Shown: positions 29,061 through 43,112, counted from the first letter of the stretch. The stretch is 64,000 nucleotides of DNA from Octopus vulgaris (GCA_951406725.2 OX597836.1:5208001-5272000), one strand, 5' to 3'. Translations and numbers: made by a program. The notes: generated from the sequence alone by a model not told the origin.

Positions 29061-30794
29061 AACCACACACATACACACACACACACACACAACCTGTAGT
29101 CGTGTGTGCATATATGCGCGTAATGGAGACAGTGAAGAGACGATATAAGATGGTATTCAATGTTTCTTGGCTAAGCACGTTCACCTTCTCAGATTCATGC
29201 CCAGACGGAAACACTCAACACACACTGGCCCCATATATAGATTTTTACTTATATTTAGGGCCGAAACTCGCAACGCACTAACCTCTCGACCTTAGAGTTA
29301 CTGTGCTGTATGTGCTAAATATTTATGAATATATACATTTACTCTTGTATTGAGTTCTAATTTTTCCTGCTTGCATCGCCACACCCATATATATACATGT
29401 ATGTATGAACCCATGTGTGTGTATCTATGTATTTATGTATCTATATATCTACATGTATATATATATATACACATACACACACATATAGTTACATATATAT
29501 ATATGTGCGTGTGCATGTATATCTATATCTATATCTATATATCTATCTATACACACACACACACACACATCTATATATATACATAAATATTTTTAATGAC
29601 GCCATGAGCAACGGCCTTCGTAATCCGCCGGAAAAATTTTACGTGGGATTCTCAGCGTCGTCATATCTACAAGGTCCATCTGTTAAAGTGTCGTCGGAGA
29701 AAGCATTTGTGGCTGAGAAAAAGGGAGAAAAAGTGAGAGAAAAACAGAGAGAAAAACAGAGAGAAAGAAAGACAAACGTAGGAATGTATAAGTGAGAGAG
29801 AATCAAGCGGTCGTATTTTGAACATTGATATGTTGTAAAAGAATATGTGTCCATATGTTTCTGGTGTGTGTGCATACGAGTCACAGCTAGAGCGACATAG
29901 AACGTTCGTATATATATATGTGTCTGTGCGTTTTTTTCTCCGTATGAAGAATGTATGAGAGAGAGAGAGAGAGTGACAGACAGACAAAAAGATAAAACGA
30001 AAAATGTAGCTTATAAATGAAAGAATGTAACATGAAAGGGAGATTATTTAAATGCCTTTTCTTCTCATAACAAATGAAAAGAAGATTAAAAAATTGCAAT
30101 AAATAAGAAATATAAAAAAAAATAGTTAGACGATAACGGGAGCAAAATAGAGTGAGAGAAGAAAGAAAGAAAGAAATATGCAATGAAAGTGAATGAATAA
30201 GAGAGCAGATTAGGAGGTAGAGTGGAGAAGAATCAGGAAAATGCGAGTGTGGAATAAATGTGTTTGAGAAAGAGACTGTGAGAAAGAATAAAATGAATAA
30301 TGGATGAGAGAGGTTGAGGGAAGAAAAGAAGAAAAAGTTTAAAAACAAATGGAACAGAAAGAAGGAACGTAAGAATTTAATCTTGAAAGAATTATATAAT
30401 GAACGAAATGAGGAAAGTTTGTAAGAATGGAATGAATGAAAGAAAGAATGAGTTCTTATTGCAAAGAACAAAATAATGCATGAATTAAGAGATTAATAGA
30501 CTTATGAAGGAATAAAGAGTGATTGGAGAATGTTAAAATTTAAAGGATGTAAAACTATGAATGGAAGAATAATGAAGGAATTATACAATGTAAGAATGAG
30601 AGGCAGGCATGTCTCAGTAGATATGTACAGCTCACTTTGCAACCACGTAATACCGGGTTCAGTGCCTCTTTAAGGCAACTTGAGCAAGTGGCTTCTGTTA
30701 TAGTTCCGGTTGTACGAATGCCTGATGAGTTAATATAGTTGAAGGAAATATATTGGTTCCAGTCGTATATATGAAAACCTATGCGTGTTCTTTT

Positions 30795-30939
30795 TACTCT
30801 CTCCATTTGTAGAAGTGCGTTGGCTCAAACGTCAATGGCTATTCGACGATTTCCTGAGCGCCAAATTGATACACACTGTTTCTTGTTCGTTTTTCCCACA
30901 TTCTCTGACTTTTGGTTCTGTTTCTCGTGCAATTGTGAA

Positions 30940-30941
<2 letters not shown>
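30795..30941 (+). mobile_element. Family A element, highly degenerate, facing the next copy across (TA)n
   Basis: GAAGTGCGTTGGCTCAAACGTC...CCTGAGCG...ATACAC aligns loosely to 35005-35130. Confidence 0.45.
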
Positions 30942-30988
<47 letters not shown>

Positions 30989-31000
30989 TATATATATATA

Positions 31001-31152
31001 GGGAGAGTTTACGAAAAAAAAAACAAAAGACGAAGACAGGTGGTGTACAAAACAAACAGATGTATAACGCTCAGGAATAGAAAACGTCTTTTACCTTCCG
31101 AGCCTACGCTCTTCTATTATAAAGGGACACAGAAAAAACAAGGAGAGAAAAA
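31001..31152 (-). mobile_element. Family A element with mutated ribozyme core
   Basis: GGGAGAGTTTACG...GACGAAGACAGGTGGTGTAC...CGAGCCTACGCTCTTC; (TA)n on both sides. Confidence 0.75.
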
Positions 31153-31166
31153 TGTGCGTAGTGGCT

Positions 31167-31251
<85 letters not shown>

Positions 31252-31493
31252 ATATGGTACATCTGCGGTCCCGGAAAGAGCGATCTCACTCCTGATACCT
31301 CCATCTGAAGATTCTTGAACCTATTTTCCACCCTATTTTCAAGTAGCCATTTTGGATTTCCTGAATTTGTCTATTCGGTAATCTAAACTCGCTATTTTTT
31401 CAACTGGAAGCCAGCGAAAATGTAGGTCACATGCAAGTTTTCATTTTAATATCTATCTATTATCTCTCTCTCTCTCTCTCTCTTCTTTCTTTC

Positions 31494-31585
<92 letters not shown>

Positions 31586-31829
31586 TTTTCTACTCTAGGC
31601 ACAAGGCACGAAATTTTTGGGGAAGAGCCCAGTGGTTTAGATTGGCCCCAGTACACAACTGGGACGTCCTTTGAATACCGCAGAAATAGGGGAGCAATGC
31701 CGATTACTAGCAATAAATTAAATATAAAGATTCGATTGACAATCGAAGCATTTATTTATATTATAATATAACATAATATACTATGAATAGATTACAAAAT
31801 TATGAAAACACCAAAACAGCCAACAATTT

Positions 31830-32310
31830 GTTTCGACTTACATTATTTCCACGCGGATAGGAAAGCCTTCTTTTTTTCTGTCGAGGGTGTATATGCCCCT
31901 TTATTAGACTATTTTCCCTAGTCGTTGCACCGTGATTGCCATAAGCTTTAAGCTTATATAAAAATATCATTATTATTCACAGCATTGTAAATTCGATGCC
32001 GTTTAAAAAAGAACCATTCGAAAGTATATAGAAAGTTTGTTTACATAGAAACAAATACGAACCATAATAGTTTTAAAATTTAACAAAAATGGAGGGGCAG
32101 ATTCGCTTTAACAAAGGATGTTGGTTCGACTCTCAAGCCGATAGAAAAGCCTTCTTTTTTCTGTCGAAAGCTTATATGTCCTTTTATTAGATTATTTTCC
32201 TTAGTCATTGAACGGTTATCGCCAGTAGCTCTAAGCTTATATAAAAGTACCATTATTCTTATTTACAGGATTTGAAACTCGGCGCCGTAAAAAAAAAAAT
32301 CGTTTCGATT
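31830..32310. repeat. Old diverged direct duplication (about 31830-32020 and 32120-32310)
   Basis: GATAGxAAAGCCTTCTTTTTTCTGTCGA...TTATTAGAxTATTTTCCxTAGTCxTTG...TAAGCTTATATAAAA twice. Confidence 0.8.
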
Positions 32311-32857
32311 ACGTTATTTCATTTATAAACAACTGATATCCATTTATATAAGTCTCCTTGTCTGTCTTTTGAACTAAAGCTCTGAAGAGACTTCTACAAC
32401 TGGATACGAATTGATTATAAATCACATAAAATACATAAGCAGACACAAATTTCTGGCTTTTTTGGCTTTTTTAAAATAATCTTTTATGTTATCTTATATT
32501 ATATTCACAGTATATTATGTTATATTATAATATAAGCTATTATATTCTCAATTGGATCTCTCTATTTATATATCATATATATATATATACGTGTGTCTGT
32601 GTGTGTGTATGTGCAGGTGCATGTATGTGTGCTTCTGTGTGCGTGTACGCGTATGTATGTTTGTGTGTGTGTTTGCCTCCATTTCTCCTCCTCCACTGCT
32701 CGACAACCGGCGTCGCTCTGATTACGTCCTCGTAACAAGGGTTTCCGTAATAAACAGACGGTTATACTAAGTACCAGACTGAAAATTAAGAACTGGTGCC
32801 AATTTGAATTATTGAGCACTTCGGGGCAATGGCAAACATAAGTTAAATATAGGTATA

Positions 32858-33234
32858 GGCGTGGCTGTGTGGTAAGTAGTTTGCTTCCCAACCACACGGT
32901 TCCAGGTTCAGTCCCACTTCGTGGGACTTTGGATAAATGTCTTCTACTATAGCCTCGGAACGACCAAAGCCTTGTGAGTGGATTTGGTAGGTGGAAACTG
33001 CATGAAGCCCGTCGAACATATATTAATATGTATATCTTTGATTGACTGTGTTCGTCCCTCCACCATCGCTGGTGTGTTTGTTTCCGTAACTTAGAGGGTC
33101 GGCAAAAGGAAACCGATAGAGTAAGTAGTAGGTTTACAAGGAATAAGACCTGGCATCGATTTGTTCAACTAAAGGTGGTGCTCCAGCACGGCCGCAGTCA
33201 AAAGACTGAAACAAGCTAAAGAAGAAAAGAATAA
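32858..33234 (+). mobile_element. SINE family 1, full length
   Basis: tRNA-like head GGCGTGGCTGTGTGGTAAG...GGTTCAGTCCC, CORE-like segment, conserved 3' half, A-rich tail. Confidence 0.88.
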
Positions 33235-34112
33235 ATGTATATATGTGTAGGTTTAAGACAAATTATTGAAAGCATACAAGAATTGCAGAACGAGGCAAAT
33301 AATAAGGAAAATAGTCAAGAATAACAGAATGGAAGAATAAGAGAATGGAAGATAGAAATACGAAATAAGGAAATGGCGAAATTATCGCCGAATTTCAAAA
33401 TGGGAAAATGGAGTAAAATAATGTAATATGAAAGAATGGAAGAGAATACATAAAAGTATGAGCGAAAAATAAGAACAAATCACAAGAATAAGAGAATAAC
33501 AGAATGGTAGAATGGAAACGGAGTAATAGGAGGTGAAAGAACAGCAAAAGGAAATAAGACGACGATGAAAGGATCGAACAATTAAATGATGAACCGTCAG
33601 AATGATATAAAAAGATGAAAGGATGAACTGAAAGCAAGATATAAAAGAAATGTATAAGACTTACAATGAAGCACGTAACAAATATGGCGGAAACATGAAT
33701 ATCTTTAAACGTGGTTAAAGAAAGGAACAGATAGGGATTTCTGTAGCGTAGATAAGTCAGAATGGAAAGGAGGACGATTGAAAGGTTAAAGATGAGAAGA
33801 AACGAGAGAATAATAATGAGTTTTAACATTACTACAAAAAGTCTGTATCTAAGTGTGAAAGAATTATCAGCAATAATTCGATCCTAGTAAAACCGAGCTA
33901 TAAATTCTGTCGCGAATCACTCTCTGGTTCATTGTCGTTTGGTTTTAATGGCCAACAATGGCAAACAGTGTTGGATTTAATTTCCGCAGCGTCCACCATC
34001 TTTCAATTCCCTAAGTGAATTCAACTTCGACTTTGTTCTGCTCGTCAGACACGTAGCTTTGGTTTGCTGCACGCGTCTCCTTTTCCGATTTATATACACA
34101 CACATATTCGTT

Positions 34113-34332
34113 CATTCTTTTATTCTGTTATTTCTTCCAGTCATTTGACTGCGGTCATGCTGGAGCACCGACTTTAGTCGAGTAAACCGACACCAGGATT
34201 TATTCTTTGTATAACTAGTACTTATCCTGTCGGTCTCTCTTGCCGATCCGCTAAGCAACGGGGACGTAAACACACCAGCATCGGTTTTCAAGTGATGTTA
34301 GGGGGGGGGGACAAACACAGACACACAAACAG

Positions 34333-34381
<49 letters not shown>

Positions 34382-34574
34382 CATATATATATATGTATGT
34401 GTGTGTGTGTGTGTGTGTGTACAACAGGCCTCTTTCAGTTTCTGTCTACCAAATCAACTTACAAGGCTTTGGTCAGCCCGAGGCTGCAGTAGGAACACTT
34501 GCCCAAGTTGCCAGGCAGTGGGACTAAACCCAGAACTATGTTGTTGGTAAGCAAGCTACTTAGCACGGAGCCAT
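34113..34574 (-). mobile_element. SINE family 1, full length with internal microsatellite
   Basis: Reverse complement of 32858-33234. Confidence 0.88.
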
Positions 34575-35008
34575 ATATATGATTACGTATATATATATGT
34601 ATATATACATATATGTGTGCATATATATATATTTCTATATACATACATACATATATATATATGAATGTATGTGTGTGTGTATGCTTTTAATTTTTTCAGT
34701 CATTTGACTGCGGCTAAGCTGGAGCACCGCTTTTATTCAGCCATAATGGATAGACAAATGCATATATGGCCAGACACATAGGTAGACAAACAGAGACTGA
34801 GATACATAGATGGATACGATAGTAGGTAGGTAGGTAAGTAGTTAGGTCGGTCAGTCGGTATGTAGGTAGGTAGGTAGGTAGGTAGGTAGGTAGATAGGTA
34901 GGCAGGGAGACAGGTAGGCATGTAGGTAGTTAGGTAATTAGGTAGTTAGATAGATATCGCTAAACTCACAATTTTTTTAAAAATCTCTCTGTTTATTTCA
35001 TCCTGTTC

Positions 35009-35044
35009 CTTTCTGTTGAAGAGCGTAGGCTCGAAACGTAAAAG
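35009..35044 (+). ncRNA. Minimal type I hammerhead motif, family A (CUGUUGA variant); element extends to about 35130
   Basis: CTTT-CTGTTGA-A-GAGC(GTAG)GCTC-GAAACGT-A-AAAG; stem I CTTT/AAAG. Confidence 0.75.
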
Positions 35045-35177
35045 ACCTTCTCAGTTTCCCGAGCGTTAAACTAATACACCTGTATGTTGTTCATGCACCT
35101 GTCTTTTGTTTTTCTGTAAACTTCGACTAATTAGATAGATAGAGAGACAGATAGATGAATGGATGGATAGATAGATT

Positions 35178-35215
<38 letters not shown>

Positions 35216-35216
35216 C

Positions 35217-35251
<35 letters not shown>

Positions 35252-35252
35252 C

Positions 35253-35339
<87 letters not shown>

Positions 35340-36103
35340 CAGACAGGTACACAGATATCAACTGACGGTCAAATTTACAGGGAGGCACATACGCATACAG
35401 ACTGAGACAGACAGACAGAGGCACAGAGAGAGAGAGAGAGAGAGAGGCAGACAGAAGCGGAGAGAGAGAGAGAGACGAGGTTAGCCGAAGAAACTGACAA
35501 GCCGTCATTTATAAAATACGAGAAAGCATCATAGCCAAATTTCGGTATTCATATGACCTCTTCAGAGAATTCTAAATATCACCGCCTTTACCGAAGTAGT
35601 GATAATACAATTACTAAGTTAGTGTAAAATATTAAACATTGGTTGGTGGAGTTGAAATGAAGTGTTTAGAAAATTATATAACAACGGTATTTTTCACACA
35701 CATTTCGCACACACAATAATAATTCACGCTGTCACCACTATTTCATTATAACGTAACATATTAGACGCATACATACACACACAGACAAAGTCTCTAATAT
35801 AGATATTCACACAAGCAGTCTGTGTGCCTCTCACCTTAACCATCACCACCCACCGTGCTAAAAGAACTATTCTGACAGAGTAAAAAAAAATTATAAAAAA
35901 AAAACACAAAAGAGACGAAGTATAAAAACTGTGAAATAGAAATGAAAGAAAAGGTCAAAGAAAATATTTGATAAAAATTTAGATCTGGTTACGATGAAAG
36001 AATAGGAGAGAAATACACACATACACACACACATATACATACGCATACATACACACTTATATAGCAATGTGTGTAAATGTATGTGATTACGTAAATGTAT
36101 ATA

Positions 36104-36134
<31 letters not shown>

Positions 36135-36156
36135 GTAATTCTGTTAATTCGGCACA

Positions 36157-36187
<31 letters not shown>

Positions 36188-36229
36188 ATATATATACATA
36201 TATATGTATATATATATATATATATATAT

Positions 36230-36278
<49 letters not shown>

Positions 36279-36524
36279 GCATGTATGTATATATATATTT
36301 ATATACATATTTATTGTATATATATATACATATATATATATATATGTCTATATATATAAATATATATGTATATATATACATATGTGTGTGTGTATGTATA
36401 TATATATATGAATATATATATTTATTATATATATATATATAAAGTATATGAACTTATACATACGTGATACAATGCCTACCTATACGCATATATGTATGTA
36501 TATATATGTATGCGTATGTATATA

Positions 36525-36556
<32 letters not shown>

Positions 36557-36785
36557 CGCATATATATATGCACATATATGTATACAGACATACATATATA
36601 TACAAATATATAGAAACATATGCAATATTTGTACGCATCTGTATAAATAGACGCATACATACACCCACACGCACACACATACACACATATATACGAATCC
36701 AAATTTGTGCATACAGAGTTGTACAGACCCTTAGTTATATTTGCATCGCATTCTTTACTAATTTCAATTGTATCTCCTTATACGA

Positions 36786-36910
<125 letters not shown>

Positions 36911-37269
36911 TAATGGCTTCTCCTCATATGTATGTTTGTACGTTTTCGAAGGAGGAACCATTTTTGGATGAAAGGAACCATCTCAGTGGATAGATTTGAA
37001 TAATTAATTAAAGGAAACGAAGAAAAAAGTAAAGACGACGTCAAGAACGTTTTTATAGATTTTTATATTAGAAGTTGGAGAAGTGATGGCATTGAACGGA
37101 TTGTAAAAGATGGCAAGAATGGTCAAAGCGAATGAAAGAGTTCAATGGAAAAAGCACCAGGAAATTGTGAACGAAAAGAAATACAAAGAAAAGATCAACC
37201 AAAAGAACACACACGGAAAAAAAAGCATTGATTCTGTGAAAGAGAGAGCAATGCAAATGTGAGAATTGA

Positions 37270-37830
37270 AAGAAGGGAATGAAAGAAGACACATCAGAAA
37301 GAAAGAAATGTATAAAGAAATAATAAAAAGTTGGATGAATGAATGAAAGAAAGGTGGGAAGGAAAGAAAGAAGACACAACAGAAAGGAAGGAGTATATAT
37401 ATAGAAAGACGGAAAAGATGGATGAATGAATGAAAGAAAGACAGAAAGAAGGAAAGAAAGAAATATGTAAAGAAAGAAGGAAAAGATGGATGAAGGAAAG
37501 ATAGAAAGGTGGAAAGAAAGAAAGAAAGAAATGTATGAAGAAAGAATGAAAAGATGAATGAATGAATAAAAGAAAGACAGGAAAGAAGGAAAGAAAGAAG
37601 ATGTAAAAGAAAGAAAGTAATGTATAAAGAGAGAAGGAAAAGATGGATGAATGAATGAATGAAAGATAGATAGAAGGAACGAAAGCAAAAAAAGATACAA
37701 CAGAAAGAAAGGAATATATATAGAAAGAAAAGATGGTTGAATGAAAGAAAGAAAGAAAGTTAGAAAGAAGGACAGAAGGAAAGAAAGATGTAAAAGAATA
37801 AAAGAATAGATAAATAAAGAAAGAACAGAA
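37270..37830. repeat. Purine-rich degenerate minisatellite (GAAA/GAAT-based)
   Basis: GAAAAGATGGATGAATGAATGAAAGA and GAAAGAAGGAAAGAAAGA recur. Confidence 0.75.
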
Positions 37831-37851
37831 ATTGTGAAAATGGTGGCAAAT

Positions 37852-38137
37852 CCTTCCTACAATCAACATAAGGCCTGTAATTACATCGACCCCAGTGCGT
37901 AACTGGTACTTAATAAACAATTATTTCTACTCTAGGCACAAGGCCTAGAGAAATTTTTGATGAAGGGAATAGTCGATTACATCGACCCCAGTGCGTAACT
38001 GATACTTATTTAATCGACCCCGAAAGGATGAAAGGCAAAGTCGACCTCGGAGGAATTTGAACTCAGAACGTAGCAGTAGACGAAATACGGCTAAGCATTT
38101 CGCCCGACGTGCTAACGATTCTGCCAGCTCGCCGCCT
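37852..38137 (-). mobile_element. SINE family 3, full copy (about 37922-38137) preceded by a partial copy
   Basis: Close reverse-complement match to 23997-24175; ATTACATCGACCCCAGTGCGTAACTG present twice. Confidence 0.88.
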
Positions 38138-38232
38138 TAAAAATGGTGGCAAGTCGAACGCAAAATAAACACAGGATGGAAAATGTGATGTCTGAAAAGG
38201 TGTTATTCCTACTATTTTTACTGTCTGTGTAG

Positions 38233-38528
38233 TGAAGGCGAGTGGATTAGAGATGAGGATATTTGGCACGCGTTCCTGGGTTCGATTCGTGATGGCACGC
38301 TATGTTCTTCAGTTAGTCATTTTATTTCATGTTGCTCCAGTCCTGTCAGCTGACAAAAATCAGAGTCACCCTTGTGACAATCTGTTATACACTGAAGCTC
38401 ACTGAGAACTTTGTTAAGAGCACGTGTGTCTGTGGAGTACTCAGCCACTCGCACGCTAATTTTACGAGCTGGCTGTTCTGTTGGGCGGATAAATTTCAAT
38501 ACTCGTCGTCGTAAACGACGGAACACCA
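38233..38528 (+). mobile_element. Older relative of SINE family 2
   Basis: GGTTCGATTC B box; 3' part GTGTCTGTGGAGTACTCAGCCAC...CTCGTCGTCGTAAACGACGGA shared with 13533-13919. Confidence 0.75.
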
Positions 38529-38844
38529 ATATTATTAGAACGGCCGGATAATGTTAACATCTTTAACTTGTCGCGATTTTATTTCGACGTATTACTGTCT
38601 GAATATAAATCCCGTCACGATCATATTTGCACTTCATTCCTTCGGAATCGATAAAATAAACTAGAAGTCAATTCCTAATCGAATGTTATCGACGGGTTGC
38701 TTACTTCGAAATTTCAAAAACACTGTGTATCTAAAATAGAACATTTAATTGTTGAAAGACCCGGGATATTTTTAAAAGTGTCGAATGGTATGCTTTACTG
38801 GAATAAGGAAACGGGCTGGCGAAATCGTTAACGCAACGGAGGAA

Positions 38845-38861
38845 AGTAGTAGTAGTAGTAT

Positions 38862-38900
<39 letters not shown>

Positions 38901-39128
38901 CCGTAGTAGCATTAGTAGTAGTAGCAACTGTTGTAGCAGTAGCAGTAGTAGTAGTAGTAGCAGCCGGAGTAGTAGTGGTAATAATAGCAGTAGCAGAATT
39001 AGTTGCAGTTGTAATAGAAGCAGCAGCAGCAGCAGTAGCAGTAGTGGTAGTAGTAGTAGTAGTAGTAGTAGTAGTTGTAGTAGTAGTAGTAGTTGTTGTT
39101 GTTGTAGTAGTAGTTGTAGTAGTAGCAA

Positions 39129-39159
<31 letters not shown>

Positions 39160-39250
39160 TGTTGTTGTTGTGGTAGTAGTAGTAGTAGTAGGTAGTAGTA
39201 GTTGTGGTAGCAGCAGCAGTAGTAGTAGTAGTAGCAGCAGTAGTAGTAGC

Positions 39251-39292
<42 letters not shown>
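38845..39292. repeat. (TAG/CAG/TTG)n array
   Basis: Directly visible. Confidence 0.92.
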
Positions 39293-39293
<1 letters not shown>

Positions 39294-39744
39294 TCGTGCA
39301 TTACCTCAGCTATTTTATACAACTTGAAAATCGTGGCATGTCTCAGCTATCGTCCGACTAATGTCAGAGATTTACCTTTTGGTCTCTAGGGAAATGGTGC
39401 GACCGCAAATGAAGCGGTCAAACTGCTGTCCATGCGAGGTGATTTGTTATGGCAATCTGCGGACGCGCACCGTGGACACGTCAACTACCAATATGTTAAG
39501 CGTGTGAGGTCTCGATCATGACCAGTGTCGTTCCTCCGTCAAGCAAAAACCGAGAGAATAGTTTCCTGGCGTCTAGAATTTCATCGGGTGTTTTCTGCCG
39601 ACATATCGTCGGAGAAAGGGATTGGCGAATTTGCCAATATAGCAATCTCTAAGCGTTTGATGGCGAAGAAATGCGCGACGACGTTCTTGAAAATGCTTTG
39701 GACATCAACGGAAAATATCTCACTGGTATATATATGTATATGTA

Positions 39745-39794
<50 letters not shown>

Positions 39795-41318
39795 TGTGTG
39801 TGAGTGTGTGTGTGTGTGTGTGTATGTGTGTGTGTGTCGATATATATATGTAGGAGGGGTGCTGTGGACGACTTGCGGAAGATCATGATCTGGTTGTGCA
39901 AGGAAAGTGCTCCACCGTCTCTAGAAAACTTTTACGCCTACGTAAGTGTCGTATATAATTTGATACATTTTCCTGCAGAAATTAGAAAATGTATGCATAC
40001 GTAAGCCAAACGGAAAATAGGTCTGTTTTTTTTTTTTCTTTTTGATAAATTATATTGTTTTCTTTTGTCATTTGGTCTCCTGTGTAACATAGCTATTAAT
40101 GCTACCCAACAATAAATAAGCAAGAGAATTGAATTCGTTTCCTCAGCATTTAGACAAAAGAATAAAATTTATGCGAACAATTTACTTCAAAATATCTACA
40201 CTCTGGAGACAATTTGATGGAAATTATTAGTCAAAAGTTACATTCTAAACAATATTTGATTTTGAAAAAAACATGTAAATCACTAACATACATACACACA
40301 CAATTTTTGTTTTTCAAATGATGTTAGTGCAAAACATTTGAGTAGAGGAGAGCATTGCTTCTCTCATACGAAACTAGAAGTTAACTACGTTTAGGTAAAG
40401 TACACACGCAAAAAAAACAGGGTACATGATGGCATTATGTGAAAAAAACCCGGTGTTTTGTGCCCGAGTATTTAACATTGGTTTGAGGAATACAATGGTA
40501 TATACGGGTGCATGGTAGAAAATAAAATGGCTTTTGTTGACATTATACATTGAGGATGTGTGAAAAATTGAGAGACGGAAAGACTTTTGCATATACCTTC
40601 GATTTTATATAGCAATTTTAACTCAGAAGGCGAGCAGCGTGGAAGAGAATTTGGGTTTAATATTTAAGATTTTCACCCGAGGGTCTTTGAATAAAACTAA
40701 ATGTTTTAGTGTTATTACTTCAATATTTTTTTGCATGTTTCAATTATTTTGCTTATATCTATATGCAAATTGTTTATCATTTTTTATTACCTGTGTAGAA
40801 TTATTTTTGTTTCACGTGTTAGATGAAAACTCAGCATTAAAATGGTTTAAATGTGTTTGCTTTCCTCTTGTTGATTTCCATTTCAAATCGAATCAAATTT
40901 GCACGGGTTAAAAAGTCACAACCTGTTCATTTCAGATTTTTCATGATTAATAATCAAATTTTAGAATTCTCCAAGGAATCAGTCAAAGTTGAATATTGCA
41001 AAGCAATTTTACAACTTCACAAAGAAAAGATATCAAGTACAAATCAAACTTACAAAATAAAGAAAAATATGCTTCATAAAATACGCTACTGCAGAACTAT
41101 TACATTCATAGTCAGCAAAGAAGTGTAGTGTACCACAAAGAGGTGTGTGAGTTCAAATAGGTCGTAGTAAGTCTTAGCTTCGAAGGGAATACTTCAAAAT
41201 ATCTAAGCATGGAATTATTCCACAGGTGAAAGTCAAAATATATATTTAACATAGCAAACCAGCCGCTTTGTCAAAAACAAATTTTCAATTTGCAACAACA
41301 TATGCAAGTGAATATATA

Positions 41319-42401
41319 CAGGGTGGGTGAAAAGTAAGCAGGCATTAAAAATTTGTTATAAAATCCATATTCCTTTTCACAAATGTATTGAAAGAAATGA
41401 TACATGCTCTTTATTGCATGGTAAAATGAAAGTAAATCTTCATATTTCAATGTGCGTACCGATGGCGTCAACCAGTTTCCTCAGCTGTTCAAGAATTTGG
41501 ACCTGGAGTTCTCCATTTCCAGCGACTTCGAGGGCCACCTCCCAGTGGTGTCGTGCGTCAACAAAGAGCCCTCAACTACAACAAGACGACCAAAGATTGT
41601 TTTTCAAAGGTTTGGGGTCTCCCGTCCCTAAGCCCTAGACCATCACCTAATCACCCTTACCTGTCTTGTTGCTTAACAACAACCAGTTTCCTCAAACAAC
41701 CAGGGTTTGAATGGACGTCCTTTTGAAAGACGTCGTCTGGGGTGTCATTGAGAACCTCCCGAATCTTTGTCTCCAAGTCCTCCAGTGAGCGAGGTTTTGT
41801 CTTGTACACCTCCTCTTTCGTATAGCACCACAGGTGAAAAATCACATGGATTCAGATCTGAAATTCTTGGAATTCTAGATTTCTTTGGTCACAGTCTTCA
41901 GGTTTAAGCTCCTGCATATAACGGGATTTCCACGGACAAAAATTCAATTCTTTATGCAACACCGTACGTATTGTGTTTCTTGTTAGTCCACTTTTACAAG
42001 CTTCTTGACGTGTTGATATTTTGCTGGCTACGATGATCGGAATGTGTTTGGACAGCCACTTCTTGCGTCGTTCACAAAGCCCGTGGTCATCAGTTTTGCA
42101 TAACAACTTTTTTTACCGTCTCCGGACGTAATGCTGGATGCTTACCCTTCCATGCACGCCGCAATCTCTGAACCAAAACAATGGAATTCCACACTTCAGA
42201 GCATACTACTATCTTAGCTCGCTCCTGAACAGTCAAGCCACCAGCCATCGGGATATTAAGAAATAAGAAACAAGACAATAAGAACATTTTAAAAAGTCCC
42301 ATTAGTGTTGTCTGATAAAAAAAAAATGTTTTAGTTATGACCAGTGATACTAAAAGTTCTGTAAGCAATTCCTAGGACCTAGTTACTTTTCACCTACCCT
42401 G
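41319..42401 (-). mobile_element. Tc1/mariner-superfamily transposon, internally deleted and frameshifted
   Basis: TA|CAGGGTGGGTGAAAAGTAA ... TTACTTTTCACCTACCCTG|TA TIRs with TA TSD; minus-strand pieces MAGGLTVQERAKIV, ISTRQEACKSGLTRNTIRTVLHKEL...MQELKPED, SDLNPCDF/LWCYTKEEVYKTKPRSLEDLETKI; central catalytic region missing. Confidence 0.9.
41484..41679 (+). mobile_element. Nested ~196-bp retroposed insertion inside the transposase C-terminus
   Basis: 15-bp TSD CAACCAGTTTCCTCA at 41469-41483 and 41680-41694; short (AAC)n tail; removal restores LRKLVDAIGTHIEI*. Confidence 0.8.
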
Positions 42402-42498
42402 TATATGTAATGCGAACAAAATTGACTGTTACTAACATGTGTTTGTAGCACATCAACACGCAGAAACATATATATACATATACATATACATATATATA

Positions 42499-42576
<78 letters not shown>

Positions 42577-42652
42577 TTATATTAGGGAATAAATCCAAAC
42601 TTACAGGGAAAAATCAGATTTAGGATTGAATCCAATTTTATAGTAAAATATT

Positions 42653-43006
42653 ATATTATATTAAATTAGAGACAAAACCACTATTAGGCAAATCATACAA
42701 TGAAAAACTTAAGCCAATACATAAGATTATTTAATTTATATTATTTAAATATATAACAAAATTATTAAAAAAAATATAATTAATATAACACTGCGATCGT
42801 TTCATGGCTGTTAATTTCTTTAAATTTTCGAGTGACAGTCATTCATCAGGTGGTTTAAATATTTAATAGTGTTATATTAATTATATTTTTTTAATAATTT
42901 TGTTATATATTTAAATAATATAAATTAAATAATCTTATGTATTGGCTTAAGTTTTTCATTGTATGATTTGCCTAATAGTGGTTTTGTCTCTAATTTAATA
43001 TAATAT
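42653..43006. repeat. Inverted repeat, ~140-bp arms (42653-42792 and 42868-43006), spacer holds a hammerhead motif
   Basis: Near-perfect reverse complement; (TA)n on both outer sides. Confidence 0.93.
42789..42852 (-). ncRNA. Type I hammerhead motif, family C (cleavage triplet reads GCA)
   Basis: Minus strand CAC-CTGATGA-ATGACTGT...ACAGCCAT-GAAACGATCG-CA-GTG. Confidence 0.7.
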
Positions 43007-43008
43007 TA

Positions 43009-43066
<58 letters not shown>

Positions 43067-43112
43067 TGCGTGTGTGTGTGTGTGAGCATGTGTGTGTGTG
43101 TGTGTGCGCGTT

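Noticed and set aside
29225-29280. GGCCC...GGGCC-GAAAC stem resembling hammerhead stem II
   Set aside because: The upstream catalytic box is absent.
35535-35570. Minus-strand CTGAAGA-GGT...ACC-GAAA
   Set aside because: No stem III, cleavage triplet or stem I; could be chance.
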